Origin: an uncultured Candidatus Saccharibacteria bacterium
GTDB lineage: Bacteria; Patescibacteriota; Minisyncoccia; 2-02-FULL-40-12; GWA2-44-9
Direction: 5' to 3'
Assembly (NCBI GenBank): GCA_964436165.1
Contig: CAYTBY010000001.1
Location: 6,777 to 70,776, forward strand
Length of the DNA: 64,000 bases
Translations under genes and position numbers: made by a program
Notes under the pieces: model-generated
What the model was told of the DNA's origin: nothing
Seen by the model: the letters and a program-made list of their open reading frames with translations, nothing else
Databases searched by the model: none
In this document: piece after piece, positions 18,687-28,419 of the stretch
Position numbering within the stretch: position 1 is the first letter of the stretch
Layout of the letters: every line of letters begins with the position of its first letter

Positions 18687-19635
18687 AAGTGTTTGTATAC
18701 TTATTGTTTCTGATAACCTGATATCCCTTGATTAGTTCTACAATCCCATCCCGTAACGATATTTGGGGCTTAAATCCGGTACTTTCTATCTTTTCGTTGC
18801 TTACAATGTAATTACGTTTATCCGGGTCTTCTCCGATGGACGCTTCGTGAAAATAAAAAGAGGGAATTTGTTTTTGTATTTCCTGGCATAGTTCAAGCTT
18901 GCTAAGATTGGCATTGCTTAAGCCGACATTGTATACTTGATTTTTCATTTGATCGAAGTTCTTGATGCAATGCAGGAACGCCCTGGCTACATCTCGGACA
19001 TGGATATAGTTTCTTTTGAAATGAGCCTCAAAGAGAACTAAGTAGCGGTCATTTAATGCACGATATACAAAATCATTGACAAGAAGGTCAAGCCGCATTC
19101 GAGGGCTTATTCCGAATACCGTGGCTAGGCGCAGTACGATTGAATTACCCCTCTCTAATACTAATTTTTCTGCTTCAACTTTTTGGCGGCCGTAAAGAGA
19201 GATCGGGTTAAGAGGAGCCTCCTCTGTGCAGTAAATACTGTCTTGACCTATGCCATAACCACTGTTGGTATTCGGGAAGATTACTTTTGGCGTCGAATCT
19301 TCAACCCATTTTTGGCATACTTCCACTACGCCGCCGATATTGACCGTGGTAGAAGTTACGGGATCTTTATCGCAAGCGGATGCTCCGACAATAGCGGCAA
19401 GAGGAAAAACATACTCGGGTTTATAATCTTTAAAAATTTTATCTATTAATTTCTCATCCCTTGTGTCGCCTCGGATTAGATTGAACCTATCAGGATAAGA
19501 GAAACATTCCAGAAGAGTGGTCTGACCATACATGAAATTATCTAATACGATTACCTCGTGGCCTTCATTAAGAAGTGTCGGTACTAAAACAGAACCGATA
19601 TATCCGGCACCGCCGGTGACTAGGATTTTAGACAT
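18685..19635 (-). CDS. NAD-dependent epimerase/dehydratase (extended SDR)
   Basis: [12 protein letters not shown] motif and a YxxxK motif. Confidence 0.7.
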   Translation of the reverse strand: MSKILVTGGAGYIGSVLVPTLLNEGHEVIVLDNFMYGQTTLLECFSYPDRFNLIRGDTRDEKLIDKIFKDYKPEYVFPLAAIVGASACDKDPVTSTTVNIGGVVEVCQKWVEDSTPKVIFPNTNSGYGIGQDSIYCTEEAPLNPISLYGRQKVEAEKLVLERGNSIVLRLATVFGISPRMRLDLLVNDFVYRALNDRYLVLFEAHFKRNYIHVRDVARAFLHCIKNFDQMKNQVYNVGLSNANLSKLELCQEIQKQIPSFYFHEASIGEDPDKRNYIVSNEKIESTGFKPQISLRDGIVELIKGYQVIRNNKYTNT

Positions 19636-20819
19636 CAGCTACCTCTACAGATTCTCAAAACTACATTCGAAATTAATTCGATATCTTTAGGTTCAAGGGA
19701 CGGATTGTTGGGAAGGAATAGACCGCAATCATAAATTCTTGTAGCCATAGGGGCTTGGAATTTGCCGTAATTATCATACCAGAAGGGATGAAGACCAAGG
19801 TTGCCGGCGGAGTAAAGTCTTGTTTCTATCCCATTTTCTTTCAGACTGGTGGCTATTTTGTCTCTTTCGGTTGAATCTTTAGCTAAGATGGCAAAATGGA
19901 TACTGGAGACCACTGAATCTTTATCGTAATTTTGGGTGTAAACATAATCGCCTAGTAAGCCTCGATACAGTTCATGATTTTCTCTTCTTCGCTTGATTGT
20001 CCATTCCAATTTATCCAATTGTCCCAATCCAATGAATGCTTGTATGTCGGTAGGCCGGACATTAAATCCGGGATAAAAGAAAGCAAAGGGACGATGGGCG
20101 GTGTCAATATTGTATTTACCAAAGATTCTGTTGTATGTTTCAGGATCCAGATGTTGGCCCCAGCCATGACTTCTGATCATTACCAGAATATTGTAAAACT
20201 CTTGGTCGTCAGTAAAAACAAGTCCTCCTTCAACGGTTGGCGATTGGTGGCCATAGTAAGTTGAAAAACTGGACATATCTCCGAATGTCCCGACTTTTCG
20301 GTTTTTGTAGCTTGATCCCACAGAAGCACAGGCATCCTCCAGTAAAAGGAATCTGTATTTTTCTTTCAAAGCTAGAATCTCATCCATTTTATGAGGCACA
20401 CCGAGAACTTGAACAAGCATTACTGTGGCGGGATGGTGTCTTTTGAGAAGTTCTTCCAAATGGCTTAAATCTAATCCGAATGTGTCTGGGTCGGCTTCGC
20501 ACATGATAGGTTCAAAACCAAATTGAATCGCTGGAGAAATTGTTGTTACCCAACCCACGCTAGGAACAATAACTTTCTTATTCATTAACTTACTGGAACA
20601 AAGAAGCGTATAATACATCAGTTGGTTGGCTGAAGATCCAGAGTTAACAAAGACGGCATGGTTGCTTCCCAACCATTCAGCCCATTTTTTCTCATATTGC
20701 TTGGTCATTTCATCCATTGTTAATCTCGGATTAGTTCTTAGCCAAGCAATTAGCTTTTCAATATCTTCCCGGTCAATGGTGTCGCCGGCTAAAGGATGTT
20801 TAGGAGTCGCGCTGTCCAT
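19635..20819 (-). CDS. DegT-fold PMP-dependent sugar 3-dehydratase (ColD/E1-like). The canonical PLP-lysine is replaced by histidine.
   Basis: DMSSFSTYYGHQSPTVEGG aligns residue-for-residue with DMTIFSFHPVKSITTGEGG of the PseC-like protein, and the H falls at the K position. This is the known hallmark of ColD/E1 dehydratases. Confidence 0.55.
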   Translation of the reverse strand: MDSATPKHPLAGDTIDREDIEKLIAWLRTNPRLTMDEMTKQYEKKWAEWLGSNHAVFVNSGSSANQLMYYTLLCSSKLMNKKVIVPSVGWVTTISPAIQFGFEPIMCEADPDTFGLDLSHLEELLKRHHPATVMLVQVLGVPHKMDEILALKEKYRFLLLEDACASVGSSYKNRKVGTFGDMSSFSTYYGHQSPTVEGGLVFTDDQEFYNILVMIRSHGWGQHLDPETYNRIFGKYNIDTAHRPFAFFYPGFNVRPTDIQAFIGLGQLDKLEWTIKRRRENHELYRGLLGDYVYTQNYDKDSVVSSIHFAILAKDSTERDKIATSLKENGIETRLYSAGNLGLHPFWYDNYGKFQAPMATRIYDCGLFLPNNPSLEPKDIELISNVVLRICRGS

Positions 20820-20890
20820 AAAACCACCTCTTGATTTTCAAAGTTCTTTCCCTGTGTTATATGAAACTTTTACGAATTCGTCAAATAAAA

Positions 20891-20918
20891 TCCCTCACCT
20901 TTCCGAAAGGTGAGGGGT
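20891..20918 (-). terminator. Hairpin CCCTCACCT-ttccgaa-AGGTGAGGG, probable terminator for the carbamoyltransferase transcript
   Basis: 9-bp GC-rich stem. On the minus strand it is followed by an A/T-rich tract. Confidence 0.35.
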
Positions 20919-20929
20919 AAAAACTATCA

Positions 20930-21142
20930 TAGGACTTACGCGTTTGCCCAAGATTGAGGCAAAATGCTTAAGTTTTTATGAGACGTACTAGGAGTACGAC
21001 GAGGAAAAACTTAAGTATTTTAACGACCGCGTGCCGCCTTAGCTTTAGCGGTGGCGCAAAAGATTGGGCAAACCTTTATGGCTTGAGCCACGTAAAGCCC
21101 TACTGATTTCGGGCTTCGTGGCTCAAGCGCGTAAGTCCTATA
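20930..21142. mobile_element. MITE-like structured repeat, copy B (about 213 bp)
   Basis: TA-GGACTTACGCG...CGCGTAAGTCC-TA termini. Interior nearly identical to copy C, plus about 30 extra bp. Confidence 0.5.
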
Positions 21143-21147
21143 TCAGA

Positions 21148-22842
21148 TTAGGCAGTTTTAGCGACTAGGTATCTGGCATTTAATACCAGGTAATCTATAT
21201 CCGTACCCAAGAAACAGTCGATTGCTTCTTGGGGTGTATTTATGATTGGTTGGCCCATGACATTGAACGAGGTATTTAATATAACTCCAATTCCGGTTAG
21301 ATGCTTGAATGCTTTCAGCAGTTTATAAAGGTTGGGATTTTGTTCTTCCTTTAGGGTCTGAACTCTTGCGGTCCCATCAATGTGGGTGATGGCCGGAACG
21401 ATACTTCTCTTTTCTTTCCTAACCCCGTAAGTTAAAAGCATATATGGCGATTGGTGGGTATTATCAAAATATTCTCCGCAATCTTCCTCCAAAACTATTG
21501 GCGCAAAAGGCCTGAAGCCTTCCCGATGCTTAACTCTTGAATTAAGAATATCTTTTATTTCTGCTGGAAATGGCGCAGTAAGAATCGAACGATTTCCGAG
21601 GGCTCGAGGGCCGAACTCAAATCTTCCGTTAAACCAGGCAATGATTTTTTGATCAGCCAGTAATTTAGCTACCAAAAGGAATAAGTCCTTAGGGTCGGTA
21701 TACTTTACTGAATTATTGATCAGAACACTTTTGATTTGTTCGTCCGTGTATTCGTTGCCCAAATAGGCGTTTTCCATCGTGTTGCGTTTGGCTTCGGGAT
21801 TCGCTTGGTAATGGTAGTTGAGCGCGGCTCCGATGCCAAGGCCGGCATCATTAGCGGCAGGTTGAATAAAGATATTTTTAAAAGGCGTTTCGGTTAGTAT
21901 TTTGCCATTGGCGACGCAGTTTAATGCTACCCCGCCAGCAAGGCAGAGATTTGATTCTCCAGTTTCAAGGTGTAAATTATTAGCGGCATGCACTAAAGCT
22001 TTTTCAGTTATATATTGCGCTCCGGCGGCGATATCTTTATGTTGCTGGGTAATTTTTTCTTGTGGCTCTCTAGCCGGACCACAAATCTCGGCAAATTTTG
22101 ACGACATGGTTGAACCTTGTATGAACGGATAATCAAAATAGCTCAAGTCCATTTCAAATTTGCCGTTAGGTTTTAGTTGGATAATATCATCAAAAACTTC
22201 TCTGTATTTTTCAATGTTTCCATAGGGCGCAAGACCCATGATTTTTCCTTCATCGCAATGTTTCTTGAAACCTAGCCAACCAGTAATGCAAGTATAGAGA
22301 ACTCCCAAAGAGCTTGGCCATTCAACATTATTTTCTTCGTAAGTGTATATATGGTTATCTTGTCCTCGTCCAATCATCAAACTTTCAATTTCGCCAACAC
22401 CGTCAACGGACAGTAGCGCACTGTGAGAAAATCCCGAGAGATAATAGGCGCTTGCCATGTGGGCAATGTGATGTCGACAAAAAGCAACTTCTTTTTTGAA
22501 GTTTAATTGTTCGCGTATTTCTTTTTCAATGTCCATGACCCTGTTGATCCATTTAAATTCAGATTCCATCCGAGGCCTTACTTGAGGATAATGGTTGAGC
22601 CAATGTCTAATAAATCTAAGACGTACGTGGGCGACCGGATCGGTCGGCACGCAGAAAACATCAACGTCTTCCATACTGATTTTTGCAAAGTCCAGGCAGG
22701 CCCTAATTGCATTATGAGGAAATTTTGGAGTGTGTTTTTCTCTGTTGAATCTCTCTTCTTCGGCGGCGTAAAGTAGCCGGCCATCCTTAACAATGGCCGC
22801 CGCGGCATCGTGGGAGAATGTCATCGCCCCAATAATTATCAT
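21148..22842 (-). CDS. Carbamoyltransferase (NodU/CmcH family)
   Basis: MIIIGAMTFSHDAAAAIVKDGRLLYAAEEERFNREKH N-terminus. C-terminal YrdC-like carbamoyl-adenylate domain. Confidence 0.8.
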   Translation of the reverse strand: MIIIGAMTFSHDAAAAIVKDGRLLYAAEEERFNREKHTPKFPHNAIRACLDFAKISMEDVDVFCVPTDPVAHVRLRFIRHWLNHYPQVRPRMESEFKWINRVMDIEKEIREQLNFKKEVAFCRHHIAHMASAYYLSGFSHSALLSVDGVGEIESLMIGRGQDNHIYTYEENNVEWPSSLGVLYTCITGWLGFKKHCDEGKIMGLAPYGNIEKYREVFDDIIQLKPNGKFEMDLSYFDYPFIQGSTMSSKFAEICGPAREPQEKITQQHKDIAAGAQYITEKALVHAANNLHLETGESNLCLAGGVALNCVANGKILTETPFKNIFIQPAANDAGLGIGAALNYHYQANPEAKRNTMENAYLGNEYTDEQIKSVLINNSVKYTDPKDLFLLVAKLLADQKIIAWFNGRFEFGPRALGNRSILTAPFPAEIKDILNSRVKHREGFRPFAPIVLEEDCGEYFDNTHQSPYMLLTYGVRKEKRSIVPAITHIDGTARVQTLKEEQNPNLYKLLKAFKHLTGIGVILNTSFNVMGQPIINTPQEAIDCFLGTDIDYLVLNARYLVAKTA

Positions 22843-22911
22843 CTCGCCATCCTTTTTAAGAAGCTGGGCATTATATACATGATTTTTAATAGTTAGTCAA
22901 TAAGCGTAATA

Positions 22912-22938
22912 AAAAAGACCGTCTTAGAACGGTCCTTT
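22912..22938 (-). terminator. Terminator overlapping the stop of the E1-beta gene
   Basis: GACCGT-cttagaa-CGGTC with TTTTTT on the minus strand. Confidence 0.45.
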
Positions 22939-23970
22939 AAATTTATTTTCCCAAGTATGGAATTTTTCTTGGTTTAAATCTGTTTTGGTTAATCCTAACT
23001 TTTTTTCTACTGCGCGTACAATATCAACAGCGTTGGGATAGAATAAATTTTCCAGCGGTCTGGTGGTTGGACATGGAGTGGGAGCAAAACCGATTCTGGT
23101 TACAGGAGATTTGAGTTTTCCAAAACACTTTTCAGAAATGCGGGCCGCTACTTCAGCGCTGAATCCGCAGTTAAGCCAGTCATAATCAGCCACAACGCAA
23201 TGACCAGTTTTGTTAACTGATTTAATCATCACCTCATCATCCAGGGGACTGACTGTCCGCGGATCAATTATCTCTAAGCCTATCCCTCTTTTGGCAAGAA
23301 CTTGAGCGGCATCGTGGGCCTCCACGTTCATCCAGGAGGTAGCGACGACAGTAATATCAGAACCTTGTCGTATAACGCGGCTCTGGCCAATTGGCACAGT
23401 GTATGGCTCTTCAGGTACATTGCCCTCTATCCAGTAAAGCCAGCGATGTTCCAGACAAATTACCGGGTTGTTATCTCTTATCGCCGAGATCATTAACCCC
23501 TTCATATCGTATGGCGTGGTAGGCATAATTACTTTTAGTCCTGGAATATGGGCGAAAATTGATTGTAAACTTTTGCTGTGTTGAAATCCTTGTCCCCAGC
23601 CTCGGCCAATGACGGCTCTTATTACGATTGGAACGGATAAATTTCCGTTACTGCCATATCTTAGGGAGGAAGCAATATTTATCAATTGATTCATGGCCAG
23701 CAATAAAAACTCTACTCTTATGTGGACATTGATTGGCCTTAACCCGCTAAGGGCGGCTCCGATCCCAAATCCCAGCAGAGCTTCTTCAGAAAGAGGAGTA
23801 CTAAAACATCTTTTTGGTCCGAATTTTTCTAATCCGTTTGTTGAGCCAAAAATTGCCTTGTGGTCGGCTACATCTAAACCATAGACGAACACTCTTTCAT
23901 CCGCGGCCATTTCCTGGCTTATCGCCTCATTAATCGCTTGCTGATAAGTGATTATTCGCTGGTTACTCAT
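22924..23970 (-). CDS. TPP-dependent 2-oxoacid/acetoin dehydrogenase E1 component, beta subunit
   Basis: Transketolase-like pyrimidine-binding and C-terminal domains. ATGA overlap with the alpha-subunit gene. Confidence 0.75.
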   Translation of the reverse strand: MSNQRIITYQQAINEAISQEMAADERVFVYGLDVADHKAIFGSTNGLEKFGPKRCFSTPLSEEALLGFGIGAALSGLRPINVHIRVEFLLLAMNQLINIASSLRYGSNGNLSVPIVIRAVIGRGWGQGFQHSKSLQSIFAHIPGLKVIMPTTPYDMKGLMISAIRDNNPVICLEHRWLYWIEGNVPEEPYTVPIGQSRVIRQGSDITVVATSWMNVEAHDAAQVLAKRGIGLEIIDPRTVSPLDDEVMIKSVNKTGHCVVADYDWLNCGFSAEVAARISEKCFGKLKSPVTRIGFAPTPCPTTRPLENLFYPNAVDIVRAVEKKLGLTKTDLNQEKFHTWENKFKGPF

Positions 23971-24946
23971 CGTAAACTCCGTGATAGAGATCTTTCGGTT
24001 CTGGAAATGGCGCGTTTTGGGCTAGAATGATAGCTTGATCTATCTGCCGGATTACGGTTTCTTCAATTTTTATTACCTCGTTTTCTAGTCCAGCTTTTAT
24101 CAATTTCGCTCTTTGCATGTCAACCGGATCTTTTTCTCGCCATTTTAAAAATTCTTCTTTAGGCCGATAGCCAGCCTCAAAGTCTTCATTTGTCCCCACA
24201 TGTTCAAGATAGCGATAATATTTTAAAGACATAAGAATTGGACCAGATTCAAGGTGTTCCAGGGCAGTTTTAGTTAAATTAAATATTTCCTCTACTTCGG
24301 TGCCAGGGTATTTAACACAATGACATCCAAACTGTTTTACAATAACAGCAAGGTTGGCATAACTGTGTCGCGATGCGGTGTGAGCATGAATAGCAAGGCC
24401 GTTGTCTTCATACACAAACAAAACAGGCAGTTTCCAAAGGCAAGCCAGATTGATGCTTTCCCAAAAAACACCTTCATCTACTGCGCCGTCGCCGAAAAAG
24501 ACAACGGCAATTTTATTATTATCAAGATAATGGTTAGCAAAGGCATTACCGAGTGCCGGAGCGATATTAGTTCCAACTACGGCCGAGCTGAACATTACCC
24601 CCTTCTCCGGATTGGCTAAATGCATTGATCCCGCTTTTCCGCCCGCTGGCCCGCTGGCCTTACCATAAAGTTCAGCAAAAAAGCCATTTATATCTTCGGT
24701 CGCGGCAAGATAAACAGCATGACTGCGGTAAGTGCTGAAAATTTGATGCCTTCCTTCAAGGGCCGTGCAAACTCCGGCGGCGATAGCTTCTTCGCCCATC
24801 GACATGTGCATTGGAGTTTTCATTTCATCGTGGCTGTATTCTTGGATTATTTTTTTTTCCGCCTGGCGTATTAGATACATCTTACGGTAGAGATCTAGCG
24901 AGAGATTAGCCGGTTTTATGTTCAAAGTAGCTCCTGTTATTGTCAA
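23963..24946 (-). CDS. TPP-dependent 2-oxoacid/acetoin dehydrogenase E1 component, alpha subunit
   Basis: GDGAVDEG...YEDNGLAIH ThDP-binding motif. YRSHA motif. Confidence 0.75.
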   Translation of the reverse strand: MTITGATLNIKPANLSLDLYRKMYLIRQAEKKIIQEYSHDEMKTPMHMSMGEEAIAAGVCTALEGRHQIFSTYRSHAVYLAATEDINGFFAELYGKASGPAGGKAGSMHLANPEKGVMFSSAVVGTNIAPALGNAFANHYLDNNKIAVVFFGDGAVDEGVFWESINLACLWKLPVLFVYEDNGLAIHAHTASRHSYANLAVIVKQFGCHCVKYPGTEVEEIFNLTKTALEHLESGPILMSLKYYRYLEHVGTNEDFEAGYRPKEEFLKWREKDPVDMQRAKLIKAGLENEVIKIEETVIRQIDQAIILAQNAPFPEPKDLYHGVYDE

Positions 24947-25002
24947 AATACTTTGACCAAATGTACAACATTAAAATCCAATCGTCAACCCTTCGTAAAA
25001 AT

Positions 25003-25032
25003 AAAAAACCGATGTGTTTAACATCGGCAAAT
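25003..25032 (-). terminator. Rho-independent terminator of the Nudix gene
   Basis: CCGATGT-gttta-ACATCGG with a T-run on the minus strand. Confidence 0.5.
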
Positions 25033-25033
25033 T

Positions 25034-25621
25034 TTAAATTAGTCCAAGTTTCTCAAGGCGAGGCTTGGCTAATAGTGTAGTTACGATCGAATAAGAACTA
25101 TTCGATTTAATCTGATATACAGCATTAAGCCAATCATTCCATGTCATGAGGTCAACTTCGATATCTTCATGCTTGTCAAGGTTTCTTTTACCAGTATCCA
25201 CGCAATCAAGGCAAAGAAATGGGTAATATGATATATCTGAACTCGCCGGGTCGTGGCAAATATTTAAGTCATTTGAAAGTGAAATAATTTTACCTGATTG
25301 GTAGCCGGTCTCTTCTTTCAGTTCTCTTTCGGCTGCATTAGCCGGACTTTCTCCGGGCATAATATTACCCCCCGGTAATTCGACAACCACTTCATCCGGC
25401 CCCATTCGGTATTGCCTAATTACAACCACTCTGCCATCTGAAGTAAGGGGTAGAATGAAAGATGAGATGTATTTACCCTTAAACTTTCCATAGGATTCGA
25501 CAGTTCCGGTCTTAGGCATTTCATAATCTTGGCTGATAAGTATTTTGCTGAAAACTTTAGCGACAACTTTTTCTTCACCGACCTTGCGCGGGATTCTGAT
25601 GGCCATTAGACAACACCCCAT
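25034..25621 (-). CDS. Nudix hydrolase (paralog 1)
   Basis: Nudix box GGNIMPGESPANAAERELKEETGY. 16-nt overlap with the IMPase-family gene. Confidence 0.7.
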   Translation of the reverse strand: MGCCLMAIRIPRKVGEEKVVAKVFSKILISQDYEMPKTGTVESYGKFKGKYISSFILPLTSDGRVVVIRQYRMGPDEVVVELPGGNIMPGESPANAAERELKEETGYQSGKIISLSNDLNICHDPASSDISYYPFLCLDCVDTGKRNLDKHEDIEVDLMTWNDWLNAVYQIKSNSSYSIVTTLLAKPRLEKLGLI

Positions 25622-26466
25622 CTACTGATATGTTCAGCCGTTTCGTCCCTGAATTTATTGACAAGCAACTCATGAATGATTGGATTTGCCGCAAGTATTG
25701 ATTTATAACCTACTTTCCATGGCTTGAGTTCTAGATTGGTGACTTTTGCTCCTGCCCCTTTCAAAATAATAGCGGCCGCGGCTATGTCTTCGGAGTCGAG
25801 TCCGGTAGCAAGAACTGCTTCAAGTCTGCCGTCGGCCACAAAGCTCAACGATGCTACAGCGCACGCAAATCCCACATCCGTCATAATACAAGGATTTTCC
25901 ATGGCTTTTACTAGGAAAGGCAGATGACTAGTTCTAAAACCTTGTTTATTTTTTAACTCTTTGCCAGAGTAAAAGCTCATGATAACCTTATTGAGTGAAT
26001 CTGCGTTGTTGACCTTAATTTGTTTACCATTGAGCCGTGAAGGTTCTCCAGCAACTCCGGTATACAGATAATCTTTAAACGGCATGTATATTACACCCAA
26101 TACAGGATCGCTACCTATACACAATGCCCGTGAAAAACAAAATCCATCAAAGTAGCGTCTTGTATATGCGATTGTTCCATCAAGTTCATCGTCAATCCAA
26201 GTGAAGGGGCTATCAGTTTTGTGGTCGTCTGATTCTTCAGAGTGAATATTGTGTTCCGGATAGGTTTCAGCGAGTTGTTTCCTTAACATAGCCGATACTC
26301 TAGTATCAGCTTCAGTTCTGAAATGAACCCTTCCCGTCCATTCGATATCGTGATTAGAGTCGTATAAATCCATATGGATTTTACCGGCAGCTTTGGCCGA
26401 GGCAGTCGCAAATTCTAAAAATTCTGACTTTCTTTGTATAAATTCAGTCCATGGGTCTGGGTGCAT
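25606..26466 (-). CDS. Inositol monophosphatase / CysQ family phosphatase
   Basis: EE metal site (SEESDD), WIDDELDGT, and a C-terminal DxxD-type motif. Confidence 0.65.
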   Translation of the reverse strand: MHPDPWTEFIQRKSEFLEFATASAKAAGKIHMDLYDSNHDIEWTGRVHFRTEADTRVSAMLRKQLAETYPEHNIHSEESDDHKTDSPFTWIDDELDGTIAYTRRYFDGFCFSRALCIGSDPVLGVIYMPFKDYLYTGVAGEPSRLNGKQIKVNNADSLNKVIMSFYSGKELKNKQGFRTSHLPFLVKAMENPCIMTDVGFACAVASLSFVADGRLEAVLATGLDSEDIAAAAIILKGAGAKVTNLELKPWKVGYKSILAANPIIHELLVNKFRDETAEHISRWGVV

Positions 26467-26573
26467 TTTGTGCCCTTTTCTTTTTTAATGAACAGACCGT
26501 TACATATTGTATCCCTAATCATTCCAAGAGTCAAGTTGCTAATTCTTATAGGAATGTTAAAGTATTTGTATTT

Positions 26574-27071
26574 ATGGCTATAATTACAAAAAAAGATTTT
26601 ATTAAAATTAGACAAAAACACTCAGATAAAAAGATTGTCTATTGCGACGGCTCTTTTGATCTTACTCATGCCGGTCATGTATTATTTTTTGAAGAGGGTA
26701 AATCAATGGGGGATGTATTAGTGGTTGGAGTCGGTGCGGATTCAGATATTAAAAAATATAAAGGCAAGACTAGGCCGATTCTTAACCAAAGCGTGAGATT
26801 GAAAACAATAGATTCTCTCAAGCCGGTGGATTATAGTTTTTTGAATAAGCTTCCTAGTCAAAAAAACCTTCTTTCGCATTTGGAAGTTAATTTTAATAAG
26901 TTAAAACCCGACGTCTATCTAATTAATGAAGATGCGTTTAATATTGAATATCGAAAAAAAATTTCAAAACAATATAGTGTGAAAATAGTAATGGCTCATC
27001 GGGTTTGTCCCCCCAATTTTGATAAGATCTCCACGTCTAAGATCATAGATAAAATTAAGAGACTAGACTAA
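26574..27071 (+). CDS. Cytidylyltransferase-family nucleotidyltransferase, HxGH class (paralog 1)
   Basis: CDGSFDLTHAGHV is an HxGH motif. The ISTSKI motif is present. An ATG at 26574 is preferred; the ORF table start at 26451 adds 41 non-conserved residues. Confidence 0.6.
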   Translation: MAIITKKDFIKIRQKHSDKKIVYCDGSFDLTHAGHVLFFEEGKSMGDVLVVGVGADSDIKKYKGKTRPILNQSVRLKTIDSLKPVDYSFLNKLPSQKNLLSHLEVNFNKLKPDVYLINEDAFNIEYRKKISKQYSVKIVMAHRVCPPNFDKISTSKIIDKIKRLD

Positions 27072-27697
27072 TGTCTACTATCCATCCAAAATTTCAAAAA
27101 ACTCGTCTTCCTAGAATAGTCATAACTGGTCCGCCTGGTGCTGGAAAAACGACCATGGTTAAAATTTTTGGTGATGAATTCGGTCATGTTATTCGTCCAG
27201 TGCCTGAAGTTGCTACGATGACAATCGTTAAATTGGGGCTTATTCCCGGCACACCGAGGTCTGAAATTGTTTTTGAAAGCGTTTTTCAGCATATGATGTA
27301 TCGAATGCAGGAGTTATTTGAGCATATGGCCGATGTGTTGGCTAGGGAGACCGGGAAAAAGGTTTTGCTTTCGGATAAGGGAAGGGTTGATATCGCTGGA
27401 CATATTCGTGGCGGGAAGAAGGAATATGAAGAACTTTTTAAAACCACTCTTAAAAAAGATTATTCTTTATATGATTTAGTATTGTTTTTAGAATTACCAT
27501 CTAAAAAAGTGTACAACCAAATTCGTAAAAATAATCCTGCCCGAGGAGAAACTTATGAAGATGCCAAAGCTACGGAGGCGAAAGTAAAAAAAGCATGGCA
27601 AAATCATCCAAATTTTAAATCTATTTCAAATTATGGTGGTTGGGAGGGGAAAGTTCAGAAAGCTCGTCTGGCGATAGCAGAATTTTTAAAAATTTGA
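27071..27697 (+). CDS. P-loop NTPase, putative small-molecule or nucleotide kinase
   Basis: Walker A motif GPPGAGKTT. TAATG coupling to the upstream gene. Confidence 0.4.
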   Translation: MSTIHPKFQKTRLPRIVITGPPGAGKTTMVKIFGDEFGHVIRPVPEVATMTIVKLGLIPGTPRSEIVFESVFQHMMYRMQELFEHMADVLARETGKKVLLSDKGRVDIAGHIRGGKKEYEELFKTTLKKDYSLYDLVLFLELPSKKVYNQIRKNNPARGETYEDAKATEAKVKKAWQNHPNFKSISNYGGWEGKVQKARLAIAEFLKI

Positions 27698-27751
27698 CAG
27701 ATCAATAAAAGAACTGTATATTTGAACGAGTAATTTAAAAAAGGATTGATC

Positions 27752-28354
27752 ATGGCTATCATCTGTCCGGAAAAGGTAAATGAAGAAAAAATTATCGGCC
27801 AAGTACACAATAAAGTATTAATTACCCAGGATTTTAAAGATCCAAGAACCGGAGAAATTATACCCTGGGGCATGTTGAAAGGATTAAAGCTGTCTTCAAT
27901 TATTTTACCGCTAACGATAGATTATAAAGTAATAGCCATTCGTCAGTTTCGATATGGGGCTAACCAGGTTGTTCTAGAATTGCCAGGCGGAAATATAGAA
28001 GGAGACCAAACTTCGCAAGATGCGGCACAATCTGAATTATTACAGGAGACGGGCTATGTAGCAGAAAAAATAATACCTCTTTCTTCAAGTGGTATTATCG
28101 CAGAGCCGTCTTGCCTTCAAGGGGCTGCTTATTTTGGTTTTCTGGGGTTGAACTGTGTCTGGAAACAAAAGCCCAAATTAGATGACAGTGAAGATATAGA
28201 GGTGGTAACAATGGACTTAGATGAATGGATTTGGATGATGTACAATATTCCAAATAAAGTCAATGGCATGCTTGCATTGACATTTTTGGCCCTTCCCCAT
28301 CTTGGACTTTTTTCACCTGGAGAACCCAAACCAACTTGGCAGAACGTTTCTTAG
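27752..28354 (+). CDS. Nudix hydrolase (paralog 2)
   Basis: Nudix box GGNIEGDQTSQDAAQSELLQETGY. Colinear with 25034..25621. ATG at 27752 with AAGGA 6 nt upstream; the table start at 27746 is TTG. Confidence 0.7.
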   Translation: MAIICPEKVNEEKIIGQVHNKVLITQDFKDPRTGEIIPWGMLKGLKLSSIILPLTIDYKVIAIRQFRYGANQVVLELPGGNIEGDQTSQDAAQSELLQETGYVAEKIIPLSSSGIIAEPSCLQGAAYFGFLGLNCVWKQKPKLDDSEDIEVVTMDLDEWIWMMYNIPNKVNGMLALTFLALPHLGLFSPGEPKPTWQNVS

Positions 28355-28419
28355 ATCGCATATTTAATGCGATTTTTTATTGTTGACAGATCTTCTTTAA
28401 GGTATACAATTTAATAATT

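Noticed and set aside
26451-26573. N-terminal 41-aa extension of the first cytidylyltransferase ORF
   Set aside because: The extension is hydrophobic and non-conserved, and it overlaps the divergent promoter region of the IMPase-family gene. The paralog at 28420 starts at the equivalent of 26574.
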